From: Schmidtea polychroa | Taxonomy: Eukaryota | Direction: 5' to 3' | NCBI GenBank assembly: GCA_044892525.1 | Contig: CM097885.1 | Location: 37,758,001 to 37,822,000 of the forward strand | Length of the DNA: 64,000 nt | Notes under the pieces: model-generated | Databases searched by the model: none | Seen by the model: the letters and a program-made list of their open reading frames with translations, nothing else | Told to the model about the DNA's origin: nothing | Shown: positions 23,943-45,292 of the stretch, in pieces | How positions within the stretch are numbered: position 1 is the first letter of the stretch | How the letters are laid out: each line of letters starts with the position of its first letter | Program-made: the position numbers and the translations under genes

Positions 23943-24539
23943 ATGGAAGAAGTAAGAGAAGAAAAAATTTATCCAGAATTGTCATCAAGATATTATTCCG
24001 AAGGTCACAAAGGTTCCAAGGCCTCGGCTCCCACAGAACTTGAAATTATGAGAGTAAAAGAATTTAAATCAGAAACCTTACATTTACAAGATTTATTAAA
24101 GCATTATAAAAAAATTAAAAATAGATGGAATAAAGGGAATACAGTTTTTAAAGTTGTAGGTTATTCTTTAGGATTTACATCTGCAATATTAACAGTTATT
24201 TTACCCATAACTTTACCGGTTGTTACTCTTGCGCCTGTAATACTTGGAAGTATTTCTGTAGCTGATGGTTTCTTAACTGAAATAGTTTCATTATCTTATA
24301 CTTCTAAAAAGAAAAGTTTATATAGAGAAGTTTGTTTATCAGTAGAATTAGGAATATCAAAATTATTTTTATTTCAATTAAGGGCTTTGGAAGATGGAAT
24401 CCTAACTGATGAAGAAATAATGAAATCAAATCAAATAATACAAGATATTAAAAATGAGGTTATAAGATTAAAAAGTGCTAATGTTATAAGTAATGAATAT
24501 TCTAAAAAAATTAAACGAGAAAAATGGCTGAAAGACTAA
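23943..24539 (+). CDS. Membrane-associated Polinton/adintovirus protein (gasderminoid-like), 198 aa
   Basis: N-terminal IYPEL, central hydrophobic hairpin (VVGYSLGF...VILGSISV) and ALEDGILTDEE motif typical of this family as I recall it. Confidence 0.6.
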   Translation: MEEVREEKIYPELSSRYYSEGHKGSKASAPTELEIMRVKEFKSETLHLQDLLKHYKKIKNRWNKGNTVFKVVGYSLGFTSAILTVILPITLPVVTLAPVILGSISVADGFLTEIVSLSYTSKKKSLYREVCLSVELGISKLFLFQLRALEDGILTDEEIMKSNQIIQDIKNEVIRLKSANVISNEYSKKIKREKWLKD

Positions 24540-24555
24540 TTTATAAATATAAAAA

Positions 24556-25104
24556 ATGGATGCATTTTTAAAAAAAGTAGATCAAGTTGCTATAGTTGAT
24601 ACTTCTAAATTAAATATGTTTTTATTAAAAGAAAAAGCTTTAGAGTTTACAAAGATTTTAAGTGAGAATCCTAATCTTACTCAATCTCAAATTTGTAAAA
24701 TGTTGGGTACTTCGGATTCTACAATGAGAAGAATAAGAAATGATTTAGGAATGTGTTCTCCTTTTAGACATGCTGTTAAAAGTAAAAAATCTAAAAAGAA
24801 AGGGGTCGTTGATAAGATTCCAAACATCCTAGCAGGAAGGGGTGAGGGAAAATCCTTTTATTGTACAGATTGTTCAAAAGTTTTTAAATCTAGTAAATCT
24901 TCTCAAAGTCATGTTTGTAAGGGGAGTTCCTCCAAGGCTCTTAAATCAAAAGATACTTTAGGATCCGGAGCTTCGCCTAGTATCTTTGATAATAAAAATC
25001 TTAAATGGAAAGAAAAGGAAGAAGAAGAAGAAGAATTTGAAGGTCATTCTGAAGATGAGGAAGAAATAAGCAAAAAACAATTAAAGAATATTCTTGCAAG
25101 ATAA
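24556..25104 (+). CDS. HTH + C2H2-like zinc finger protein with acidic tail (182 aa)
   Basis: NLTQSQICKMLGTSDSTMRRIRNDLGM (HTH-like); YCTDCSKVFKSSKSSQSHVC. Confidence 0.7.
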   Translation: MDAFLKKVDQVAIVDTSKLNMFLLKEKALEFTKILSENPNLTQSQICKMLGTSDSTMRRIRNDLGMCSPFRHAVKSKKSKKKGVVDKIPNILAGRGEGKSFYCTDCSKVFKSSKSSQSHVCKGSSSKALKSKDTLGSGASPSIFDNKNLKWKEKEEEEEEFEGHSEDEEEISKKQLKNILAR

Positions 25105-25132
25105 ATAAAATTTTTAAATTTTTAAGTATAAA

Positions 25133-25513
25133 ATGGATTACGATTCAATCATTGCAACAATTAATGAAGAACCTGAAATACAAAAAGAATGTGTAAAGCT
25201 TTTGACAGAATTTAATAAACAAAGTATGGGAACTCAAATTGATTATGGTAGACAAGCTATAGTGTATCGTGCAGGACAAGAAGAAATATTAAAGCGTTTG
25301 ATGAATAGTGCTATTGATCTTCGTCTGGAAAATAAAGCAATAAAGGAAGAGAATGAATATCTATTCCAAAGTGCTAATTTAGTTGATAAAAGTTTTATAG
25401 AATCTATGCATGGAAAACACTGCTTATTGAATAGTTCTAATGCTGCTCGGAATGAAGAAATGATGAAGGAAATAGAGGAAATATTACGTAGACCAATACA
25501 TAAAATAGAATGA
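25133..25513 (+). CDS. Unknown helical/coiled-coil protein (126 aa)
   Basis: TATAAAATG start, co-oriented with the cluster. Confidence 0.6.
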   Translation: MDYDSIIATINEEPEIQKECVKLLTEFNKQSMGTQIDYGRQAIVYRAGQEEILKRLMNSAIDLRLENKAIKEENEYLFQSANLVDKSFIESMHGKHCLLNSSNAARNEEMMKEIEEILRRPIHKIE

Positions 25514-25676
25514 AGGATAAAATAAATAATATTATAATAAAACATGTTATCTTATAATATATTTCTTGTATTTTAATTTCTTTATCTTTAATTATTTCAT
25601 CAACAAGATCATATAATTTTTTAGTTTTTTCTACAAGTTCCTTGGCTTTTGAATATCTTAAATTAATTGTCGACAT
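25437..25676 (-). CDS. Small protein with C-terminal transmembrane segment (79 aa)
   Basis: TATAAAATG start; charged N-half then CFIIILFILSFILFYVLVYVIF; overlaps the convergent ORF end. Confidence 0.45.
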   Translation of the reverse strand: MSTINLRYSKAKELVEKTKKLYDLVDEIIKDKEIKIQEIYYKITCFIIILFILSFILFYVLVYVIFPLFPSSFLHSEQH

Positions 25677-25764
25677 TTTATATATTTAAAAATCAAATAT
25701 CGCTGGATTCAATCATGACTGAAAATCACTGAAATAAATGAGTAATGCAAGAAACTTATATTCT

Positions 25765-28700
25765 TCAAGTATTGATTCTACTTAATTGAATTTTATTATA
25801 ATTAAATTCTTCATCAGTTAGACCTTCAGAATTGAACCCCTCAGTGTTGAAACATTTTTTCTCTATACATATTGAATTTTTAACTTGACAATATAAAGGT
25901 TTGTTATCAAGGTAATCGAATTGTGGTTCATAACATAGCTCTTCAGAATATATAATCTCAACATTATAAATATCAAGATCAGTAATCTTTAAGTTATAAA
26001 GTTCATTTATTTTTTCAAGATTTTTTATTATAGGGATTAAATCATTTCCAATTGGGAGAGTTTTTTTAAAATCACTTAGAATAAATCTTTTATCATCATA
26101 ATTTGATAGTGATATCTTTGCTGCTTCTTGTTGATACATATTATGCTTCTTAGATTTAAGTTGATGTACCTCTTCTATTTTATCTTGATGGTTTTCTTTT
26201 AGTGCATCTTTATAATCTTGGTGTGTGATTTTCTTAGATACTGATTTTTGTATACCTTTACATTTGTTATCGTTAAAGGTTTTTGTATCTGTCATTATTG
26301 GTCGTTCAAATGTATAATCTATTTCTTCCATTTCATTTGTTGTTGGATTTTTATACATAATTTTAATTGTTTGCTTTTCTGTTTTCGGCTTTTCTGTCAC
26401 TTCAAGTGAATATTGTTTAGGTCTAATAAATACTCCATCTAATATTGGGGTATTTGGTTTTTCATCTTTGAATGTGAATAATTCTCCAGATGAATTTATT
26501 AGTTTAGAAAGTATAGGATTTTCAGCTATTTCTTTTTTCACATCTTCACCATATATTTTAAAAAAGAAACTATCTGTATCCATTGCATGTAAGGATATTC
26601 TATCTCCAAAGTGTGGTACTAGAATATCATAATAGGCCTCATACATTTGTAGTTTAGAAAGTTCTAAAATAGTGAAGCCCATAAAGATTGGTTTATTATA
26701 AGTTTTTTCATTATTTTTATTTCAATTGCTACAAGGTTCTTTGAGAACACTTCTGCATTTTTAAATGTTGGTTTCCCAAGCATTCTATTATACCTTGCAA
26801 AGTCCTTTTGAGTATTTGTTAATAACTCTACTCGTGTGTATTTGTCCACGTTTTCCATTGTCTTTCCGAAGACTGCATTATTTAAAAGTTTGTATATCAC
26901 ATCAAGATAGATATTTCCAGCTCTTTTTGCTTCGTTTCGTTTCTTAATATTTCCTTCTATAAACTTTTTCATAAATGGTGCTTGTCTGAATTTTATAATA
27001 GAATGAATCTTCTTCAAACGCATTCCATGTGAAAGATAAAATTGAAAGAGTCTATAATGACAAAGATAATATTCTCTATCAGTTTGATCACATAAAAGTT
27101 TTATATTTGTTGCTATATGTTTTAAGATTTGCCAAGCTGAAAGTTCACTGATATTAATCTTTCTTTTTATAGGAGCAAGGGGGAGAAATCTAGTTCTAGA
27201 TTTTATTCTATCAGGGTACTCGAGATCACATTCTATAGCATATTCAACCTCTGAATCTTTAGGGGTTAATAGGATTTCTTTTATAAGATCATCTAGTTTT
27301 TCTTTTTCTTTAGGAATATTTACCCATGTGAAGTTTCCAATTGGTAAATATTCAGTCATTTTACCCCCATATAGAGCAGTTGCATCAGGATAAAATATTT
27401 CACATGGATCAGATAAACCTTCTGTTATTAATTTAGAGTCTTCTGGAGTTTTTATTTGTATATAGTCCGCATCTGTATCTTTAAAGAATTTTCTATAAAG
27501 AGTTAAGGAATTATTTGCAGTTATTTCTCTATCTCCCATTACAGAGGAAATACCTCCTCTAATATTATGTTTAAATATATTAAACATATCAAGATCGGTT
27601 AATAATTCTATAACTTTATCCCTATCCCTATCCCTATCCCTATCCTCTTCTTCAATCCATATATTATATAACATTATATCCCAAGCTAGAGCTGGCAGTG
27701 TTATATAATTATAAGGTTTTAATTCAAAGGCTTTACAAAAGGTTTCAAAGCAGTCTGCTAAAATATAAACATCAAGGGATAAATACATGTCGGTATATTC
27801 CCCAAGATTTTTACACTTGAATAATTCCCACATTTTATTTGCTCGAGAATATTCTTGATCTGTAATATTTGATTGTTGTAGTTTTGAAAAGAATGCTTCT
27901 TTCTCTGGTAATTTTGTTTCATTATATTTATCAAATGAATTCATGTAATCGTAGGGGTAGATTCCTTTTGCTAAACATGTTGGATATTCTTCTGGAGGAA
28001 TATTATATTTTATCAAAACATGCTCTGTTGTATATTTAAAATCTTCTGGTTTCATTGTTTTTGCTACTGCATCTAGAGACATTTGAAGAAAGTTTAGAGA
28101 ATCTATAAATTTTAAACAACCATATTGTACACATTTATATTTTTCTTTTGTTAAGCCGATAACCTTGAAAGAGTTTTTAGCATTTACTGCTAGAGCCTTT
28201 ATAAATAAATGTAAATCATATCCAAAAAGATTATGAAATATAACTGGTATAAATTTAGGAGTATGACAATTAAGATTACAATTTTTATGGGCTGCTCCTC
28301 GATAATTATTTTCACTTTTAAAATGATCATGATCAGGGACTTTTTTATTTGGAGATTGCTCTTGAGTTTGTAGTGCTTCATGAAGCATTCTTTGTTCTTC
28401 TTCTTCAATAATCTCAAGGAATTGGTTCATAGGGAGTGAAGTATCAGGGGTCGCGAAGCTCCCGGAGGTTGGATTCCCAGAGGTTGGATTCCCAGAGGTC
28501 GCGAAGCTCCCAGAGGTTGGATTCCCAAAGAGTTGATTCCCAAATGGTTGTTTACACATCCAACAATTTGAAGCATTTTTATATTCTCTCCATTGTTCAT
28601 TTGAAAATTTTATTTTATAATCTGTTTTTAATATTTTAAATAATTCATGTTCTAAATCATTTACACTTTTAACAAAATGATCTGAAACATCTTCTGAAGA

Positions 28701-30547
28701 AGTTCCTCTATATGAATATTCTTTAGATTCTATGAGTTCTGGGTAATTACTTTTAAAAAATAGTTTATAAGCTGATGGTATTTGTTTAGCAGTTCTTATT
28801 GTATAAGATTTTCTATTTTCCCATAGAAAGTTTTTCATAGTCTGCCATGTTGATACCTTTTGGGAATAATTATACCAAGAATCTAATAAATTATTTTTTT
28901 CTATTATTTTTAAATATTCTTTTTCTAAATCATGTTCTATATTTACTGCTTCAAAGTCACCATATATTACTCCCAATGATTCTAATAAATTTGAATAATT
29001 TTTAAAGTTCATGTCTGTGTTTGTAGGCATTTTAATTAAAGCTGGTTGGTTTTTCTCACATAATCTTTCATGTTTAATTATAGAGTTTTTTGTTGTAGAA
29101 TAATGAAGACATCTTTTACATGTTATACCCCCTCTAGCTAATGTTTTTGTGCGCATAAAACTTTGAAAGTTTTTTATTAAAATATAATGTTGATTCCTTT
29201 CTAGGTTTTCTAGGTTCTGCTCGTCCTCTCCTTCATCACCCTTTCCAACGGACACTCCATACCCTTCCTCTTCATCTAACCCTGACTCAAATAGTCCTGG
29301 ATCTTCTTCATCTTCTTGTTGAAGATTTAAATCTTGCTCATTTTCATCTTCATCTTCATTATAAACATAACCTTGATTAAACTCTCTTTGATCAACATTA
29401 TTAAATTCTTCTAATATTAAAAGATCTATTTCTCTATTTTTATCTTGTTCAAATAGTATTTTATTTGAAATATAAATTGGAATAATATGTTTTAAATCAT
29501 CTTTATCTGGGGCATATTCATAAATATTAAGTTTAATATTATTTAAAATTTCAAATGCTGGAATGTCTTCAATTTTCATTGGATGTTTAAATCCTTTTGG
29601 ATATATTAATTCGTTTTCATATTGTTTATATTTAGAAACCCTTTGGGGATTCTTTGCTTGAGGATGTAGTTGAGCAAGTATTGACCATTGAAAACATTTG
29701 TTATCACTATTCTGTACATTTATAACATAGTTGGAGTCAAATGGTGTACGGATAAAAGATTTGGGATTTGGGGGTGCTGCTCTCCAATATTCAATTTCCA
29801 TAGATTGGAAAGAATGAAATCTTAAATTTGATTCTCCTAATTCTTGTTCTACTTGTTCTTGTTGTTCTTCCATCTCTTTACATAAATCTTTATTGGTTTT
29901 ATTTATTCCTTTTGCTGAGAATAAATATTTAAAAGATGTTTCAACACTAGAATCTAAGGGGGTTGTGTCTGCTTCTTCTCCTCTCCAATATTTTGTAGAG
30001 ATTTTTACATTTTTTATTTTATAATGTTGAATCTTGATCGACCAAAAATTCTTATAGCATCATCCATTGAATTTTTTATGTTTTGTTTATTTTCTCTTAT
30101 ATACTCTGAGATTGTGGAGGAAAACATTTGTTCTCCAAATACATCTATGTGATGGAAGTTATCCCAATTATATTTTTCTTTTTCAATATGTTCAGGTTCT
30201 TCTTCAGAATCTTCTTCTTCACAATCAGAATCTCTTTTAGGTATTGGTTGGTTGTTCTTTATAGCACATTTTTTTACATGTTTTAAATAATAAGATTTTA
30301 TATTAAATTTTGATTTACATATAGAACATTCAAATTTTTCTCTATTTTTAGGAACTCCAATACAACTTTCAAAATGTTTATCATATCCTGAAAGTAGATA
30401 TCTAACTTTACATTTGGTACAAATTTTTGAGTTTGAATTATCAAGTCTATTTGTTTTTAATAAATGAGCTTTTGATTTTTGATGAGATAATAGAGCAGTT
30501 CTATTTTTAAAATTTTTTTGACAAACATCGCAATTATAAATATTCAT
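25765..30547 (-). CDS. Protein-primed DNA polymerase B (~1590 aa) with N-terminal zinc fingers, split by two 1-nt frameshifts (~30045 and A5 at 26714-18)
   Basis: ExoI YGDFE, ExoII FHNLFGYD, ExoIII YLSLDV; motif A DATALYG, B KLLNNAVFGK, C MDTDS; Endonuclease VII-like CWMC...DHDH...GAAHKNCN; INVQNSDNKCFQWSILAQLHP. Joins ORFs 30014..30547, 26664..29873 and 25765..26682. Confidence 0.92.
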
Positions 30548-30640
30548 TTTTTAAAAAAATTTTTTTATTGGATACTATGTTTTCATATTTATAAAATATT
30601 TATATTTACCAACTTGGCAGCTTGCCAATCGGTACTTTGC

Positions 30641-30885
30641 TAAGTAGTGGATATAAGACCCACATGCACGCAACCCCACATGGAGATTGTGAATTTCCAT
30701 CTCTTCTCCTATTTTCTTTATGTTTATAGGGTTTAAAGCAGAAAACATATGGGTATTTGTGTTCAAAATAAAGGCTCTAAGTGAGTTAAAAGTGTAAAAA
30801 TTTAAGGTCTTTTTACTATAAAATAAGAGATTGGAGGCCACTTTTCCAGAGGGGTTGTGTGCATGTGGGTCTTACATCCACTACT
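30641..30885. repeat. Right TIR (complete, ends CCACTACT); contains its own 35-bp inverted ends
   Basis: 30643-30677 and 30851-30885 are reverse complements with 2 mismatches. Confidence 0.93.
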
Positions 30886-31357
30886 GTCTGTAGATATGTG
30901 TCTATCAGCTGCTCTCTTTCTTTAATTGATAATGTCTCTGCATTACTAGATTCAACAAACGGACTTTGCACCCAACTAAAAATGTATGTTTTAGGAGGAA
31001 AATATTCCAAAAATAATTTTGTAATCCAGATAAATGTTCCAAAATATGCTTTTTCGCATTTTGGTCGAGTATGGACTTTTAAAGTGGAAGTTAAAGTGGA
31101 TAGTATTGGGTAGCATAATAGTGGGATATTGATAACAGTGTGAGTCAATGACAATCAGGGTTGAAAACAGTGGAAACGAATAACGTATTTTTAGATCTAT
31201 GCTATTTTGTCTCTTAGACCAAGGTTATTAGTATGCTCCTATCAAATATATGAAAAGCCTATGAACTTGTTACTGCTTTATGAAGCGAAAATAAAAATTG
31301 AGATCATGTTCACTTCTACTGAGATTGTTGTTGGACATTATAGTTTAAATACTATAT

Positions 31358-32343
31358 CAACGGTGGGCAAATGCGGCTCTTAGAGCCGCATGCGGCTCTT
31401 CGTTGAGTAAACTGCGGCTCATTGATAATTGAATTCTTGATAATCGAATTCGATTTTTTATTTTGAAATTTTTCACTAAATGTTTTGAGAAAAAATTTGC
31501 AAACATTAAATTTGGCTTTACAAGGAAAAGAAAAGATAATTATTGATTTGTCACAAACGTTATTTAGTTTTGAAGCTAAACTTCGGCTTTTTGTGAACGA
31601 TCTTAGGTCGAAAATATTTAATCATTTTCCACGAATAAAAGCTAATATAATTGATATTACAGAAGAAAAAGTAAACGAATACAGTGAAAAATTGGAAGAA
31701 TTTTAAATGTAGGTTTGAAGATTTGAAAAGTTATAAATCTACATTTGCATTTTTTGTGAACCCATTTATTTGTGATATTATTGAAGATGGATTTCCAATT
31801 TCTGAAGTAATACTTGTTAAAAAAGCGGTTGGGGAATTGGAGTTATTAGATATGAAAGAGGACCAGGCTTTGCAAATGCACCATAAATCTACTTCTATAG
31901 TTGAATTTTGGAAACTCGTACCAGAGGCAAAATATCCACACTTAAAACAAGCTGCTTGCCGTCTAATTTCAATTTTTAGTACAACATATTGTTGTGAATC
32001 TTTGTACTCCACAATGAAGTTCGTAAAGTCGAAATATCGTTCACAGTTGACCAATCAGCATCTTACAGAATTGCTGCGAACAGCTTTAACAAAGTATACA
32101 CCAAATTTCAAAGATTTGACCAAAAGTCTTCGTTAATTCAAGAAATTTTATTACTTTTTATTAATGGATTTTTATGTTTGTTACTTAATGTTTGAAATAA
32201 TTATTTTGTTTTTTTTTAATAGCGTTTAAGTCTCTTTAATCAAATTAATGAAATAAAAAAAATATGTACTTTACTATGGTGGCTCTGTAAAAAATAAATT
32301 TTCGGAAAATGGCTCTTATTGAACCCATGCGTGCCCACCCTTG
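31358..32343 (+). mobile_element. Internally deleted hAT element (GTF2IRD2/SPIN-like), 986 bp, TSD TACTATAT
   Basis: TIRs caacggtgggca / tgcccacccttg; identical 8-bp flanks (31350-57, 32344-51); ORFs 31485..32136 encode the hAT C-terminus (FWKLVPEAKYPHLK...STTYCCESLYSTMKFVKSKYRSQLT). Confidence 0.9.
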
Positions 32344-33161
32344 TACTATATATTTACCCAGTTTATGTTAATTATAGCATCGACTCTGCTTTTACAAAAA
32401 GGCAAAGCAAATATTTACGAAAAAAATAAGACATGATTATTTCTAAAGAAAAAGAAACTAATTTCAATATTTTTCATGATTTCGTCAAAACATTTTAAAA
32501 ATAAAATCTGTCTGTGAGATGTTGTTCTATAGACAATATGACAAAAAATTTTAACCGCGAGATAATCATTGCAGATCGTTAATAATTCTTTACTACTTTT
32601 TATTTATAAAGATTATTTAGGTACTTGGAAAAATGAAAGGAGAGTCCCATCAAGCGCTAGCTAAAACCCAAACAGTGACGATTCACATTACTGGGACGTA
32701 TTTTAATACGAAGGAGCTATTGTCAAGAAACCTTTATGTAAATTTCGAAAAAGTAAAATATTTTTTTTACTTTATTAAAGATATTTTAATCATTTTTTTA
32801 TTCTTTCATTCCATATATAAAAAACTTTTGAAAAGGAACTTATCAATGTAAATTTTAACTTAACTTCAAACAAATTTAAAATGTTGCGTAAATATACTTT
32901 TTTCTACTATTTATAATTTTAAAAGTGACTTAAAAAATAATTCTACATTATAAAAAAGACAAAAATACATTTTAATATTTTTAAGAAATTTTTCAAAAAG
33001 ATTTCCAAAAATATATAAAATATCTTTATTTTTAAGAAAATTTAAAATTATTTTACTATTAAAATTTTGTGTTAAATTTTAAATTCTGAAATCAATTTTT
33101 AATACACAATCTTTGTTTAAATAATCTGTTTAAACTTAATAAATTTATTTTGAATTGAAAT

Positions 33162-33693
33162 ATGGAACAAGTTAGTATTTTCGTAATAAATAAAAGCTTT
33201 TTATAAAATTTTATCATGTAGACTGAAAGAGCCTTTCAAAAACAGGAAGTTCGAGGTAAAAAGGGTTCAAGAAACCGTTACTATAAAAGTATTGGTTTGG
33301 GATATAAAACTCCAAGGGAAGCAATAAATGGTCATTATATTGATAAGAAATGCCCTTTCACTTCTGATGTTAAAATCAGAGGACACGTTATTACTGGACT
33401 TGTTATGAAATTGAAAATGAACAGAACTGCCGTTATTAGACGGGATTACTTACATTTCGTTAAGAAATATAACAGATTTGAAAAAAGACACAAGAATATT
33501 TCCGTTCACGTTTCACCAGCTTTCAGGTATACTTATTTATTATTAAAATCATATCTTATTTATTCCTTTTAGAGATATTAGTGTTGGGGACACCGTTATT
33601 GTTGGTGAATGCAGACCTTTGGCCAAAACTGTTAGCTTCAACGTTTTGAAAATATCAAAGGCTTCTACTGATAAAGCAAAAAAGAGCGCTTAA
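33162..33693 (+). CDS. RPS11: 40S ribosomal protein S11 (uS17), 144 aa; exons 33162-33170, 33222-33526, 33573-33693
   Basis: [48 protein letters not shown]; GT-AG introns of 51 and 46 nt restore the frame. Confidence 0.96.
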
Positions 33694-34525
33694 TTTAATA
33701 ATAAAAATTTTGGATTTTAACTTTTTTTAATTAAAAGTCAACACAATATATTAATTCAATTATGTATTAAAGATATAATTTCAAACTAATGCTATCTATT
33801 TTTTTACAGCTAAGAGTTTTAAAAAGTTATTAATATCTATTGATCCGTGTGATCGTTTACTAGCCTTTAAAGCACTTGATATATCTTCTGTTTTGAGTTT
33901 GAGGTTTAATATCGAATTATATCGATTAGTAATTCCCAGAATTTTAGATTCTTCTAATGCACCTGAAATAATCAATCAATTATTGTTTTGAATCGTCATT
34001 TAGATTTATGGTATTTCCCTCATGTCACAAATTAAGAACCAATCCAATTTTTTTTACTCGTGTTCCTCCATGTACTGATATTGGGACGTGAAAATTGTAT
34101 CGAAATTTTATTTATGATTGGTCTTTTTTGTTTTATATTCAACCACTAGAGTTTACCTTATACTTTACAATATAAATCTAATGCTAACCTGTAAAGTTGT
34201 CCAATATGGTTAATAATTTATGTTATTTCCTAGAATAGGGTTCATAAACGAAGGATTTGTATCTACTAAACCGACATCTCGGTGGTTACTGAAATAAACG
34301 TCAGAAAAGAAAGCCTTGATAATTCAATTATAAATTAGTCGGATTCTTAGCTTCTCAAGAAACAATTTTATATAAATTTATAAAACAATTTTATTCATCT
34401 CATTAATTTGGTTATAAATTTGGAATTGTCACATCCAAAACTATTGAAAATATACTTAATAATATCCATTGTCGGGTTTAAGTTATCATTATATACAGGG
34501 CCCGTGGAAGGCGGGTACAGTTATT

Positions 34526-45292
<10,767 letters not shown>

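Larger units (their letters stand above)
20663..30885. mobile_element. Endogenous Polinton/Maverick (adintovirus-like) element, ~10.2 kb, internally deleted
   Basis: ~196-bp inverted repeats, right terminus ...CCACTACT, pPolB, DJR capsid, PLA2, rve-type integrase N-terminus; flanked by a duplicated tgtctgtagatatgtgtct; interrupts a hAT transposase. Confidence 0.93.
15442..31150 (-). mobile_element. Fossil Buster-type hAT transposon split in three by the Gypsy and Polinton insertions (segments ~31150-30886, 20662-20276, 15571-15442)
   Basis: Joined minus-strand pieces read DQNAKKHILEHLSGLQNYF/EYFPPKTYIFSWVQSPF...KEREQLID | [29 protein letters not shown]...YIATKTKYRNKLDAE...KKQAHPSH* (ZBED5/SCAND3-like C-terminus). 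3' end ggttccgcgagctttggaagtttgaacccattg next to ctctatag. Confidence 0.8.

Noticed and set aside
24970-28507. GCGAAGC mini-hairpin motif three times in the Polinton
   Set aside because: Two copies come from one tandem duplication, and the motif also occurs outside the element (near 14371 and 53344); no evidence of enrichment.
28436-28639. Plus-strand ORF with RRLDSQR repeats; CRISPR-like array
   Set aside because: It is the antisense reading of the pPolB tandem insert; there are no unique spacers and the context is eukaryotic.
30575-31154. ORFs 30575..30841, 30816..31154 and 30859..31113 as viral genes
   Set aside because: They overlap the TIR or are the frameshifted hAT fossil outside the element.
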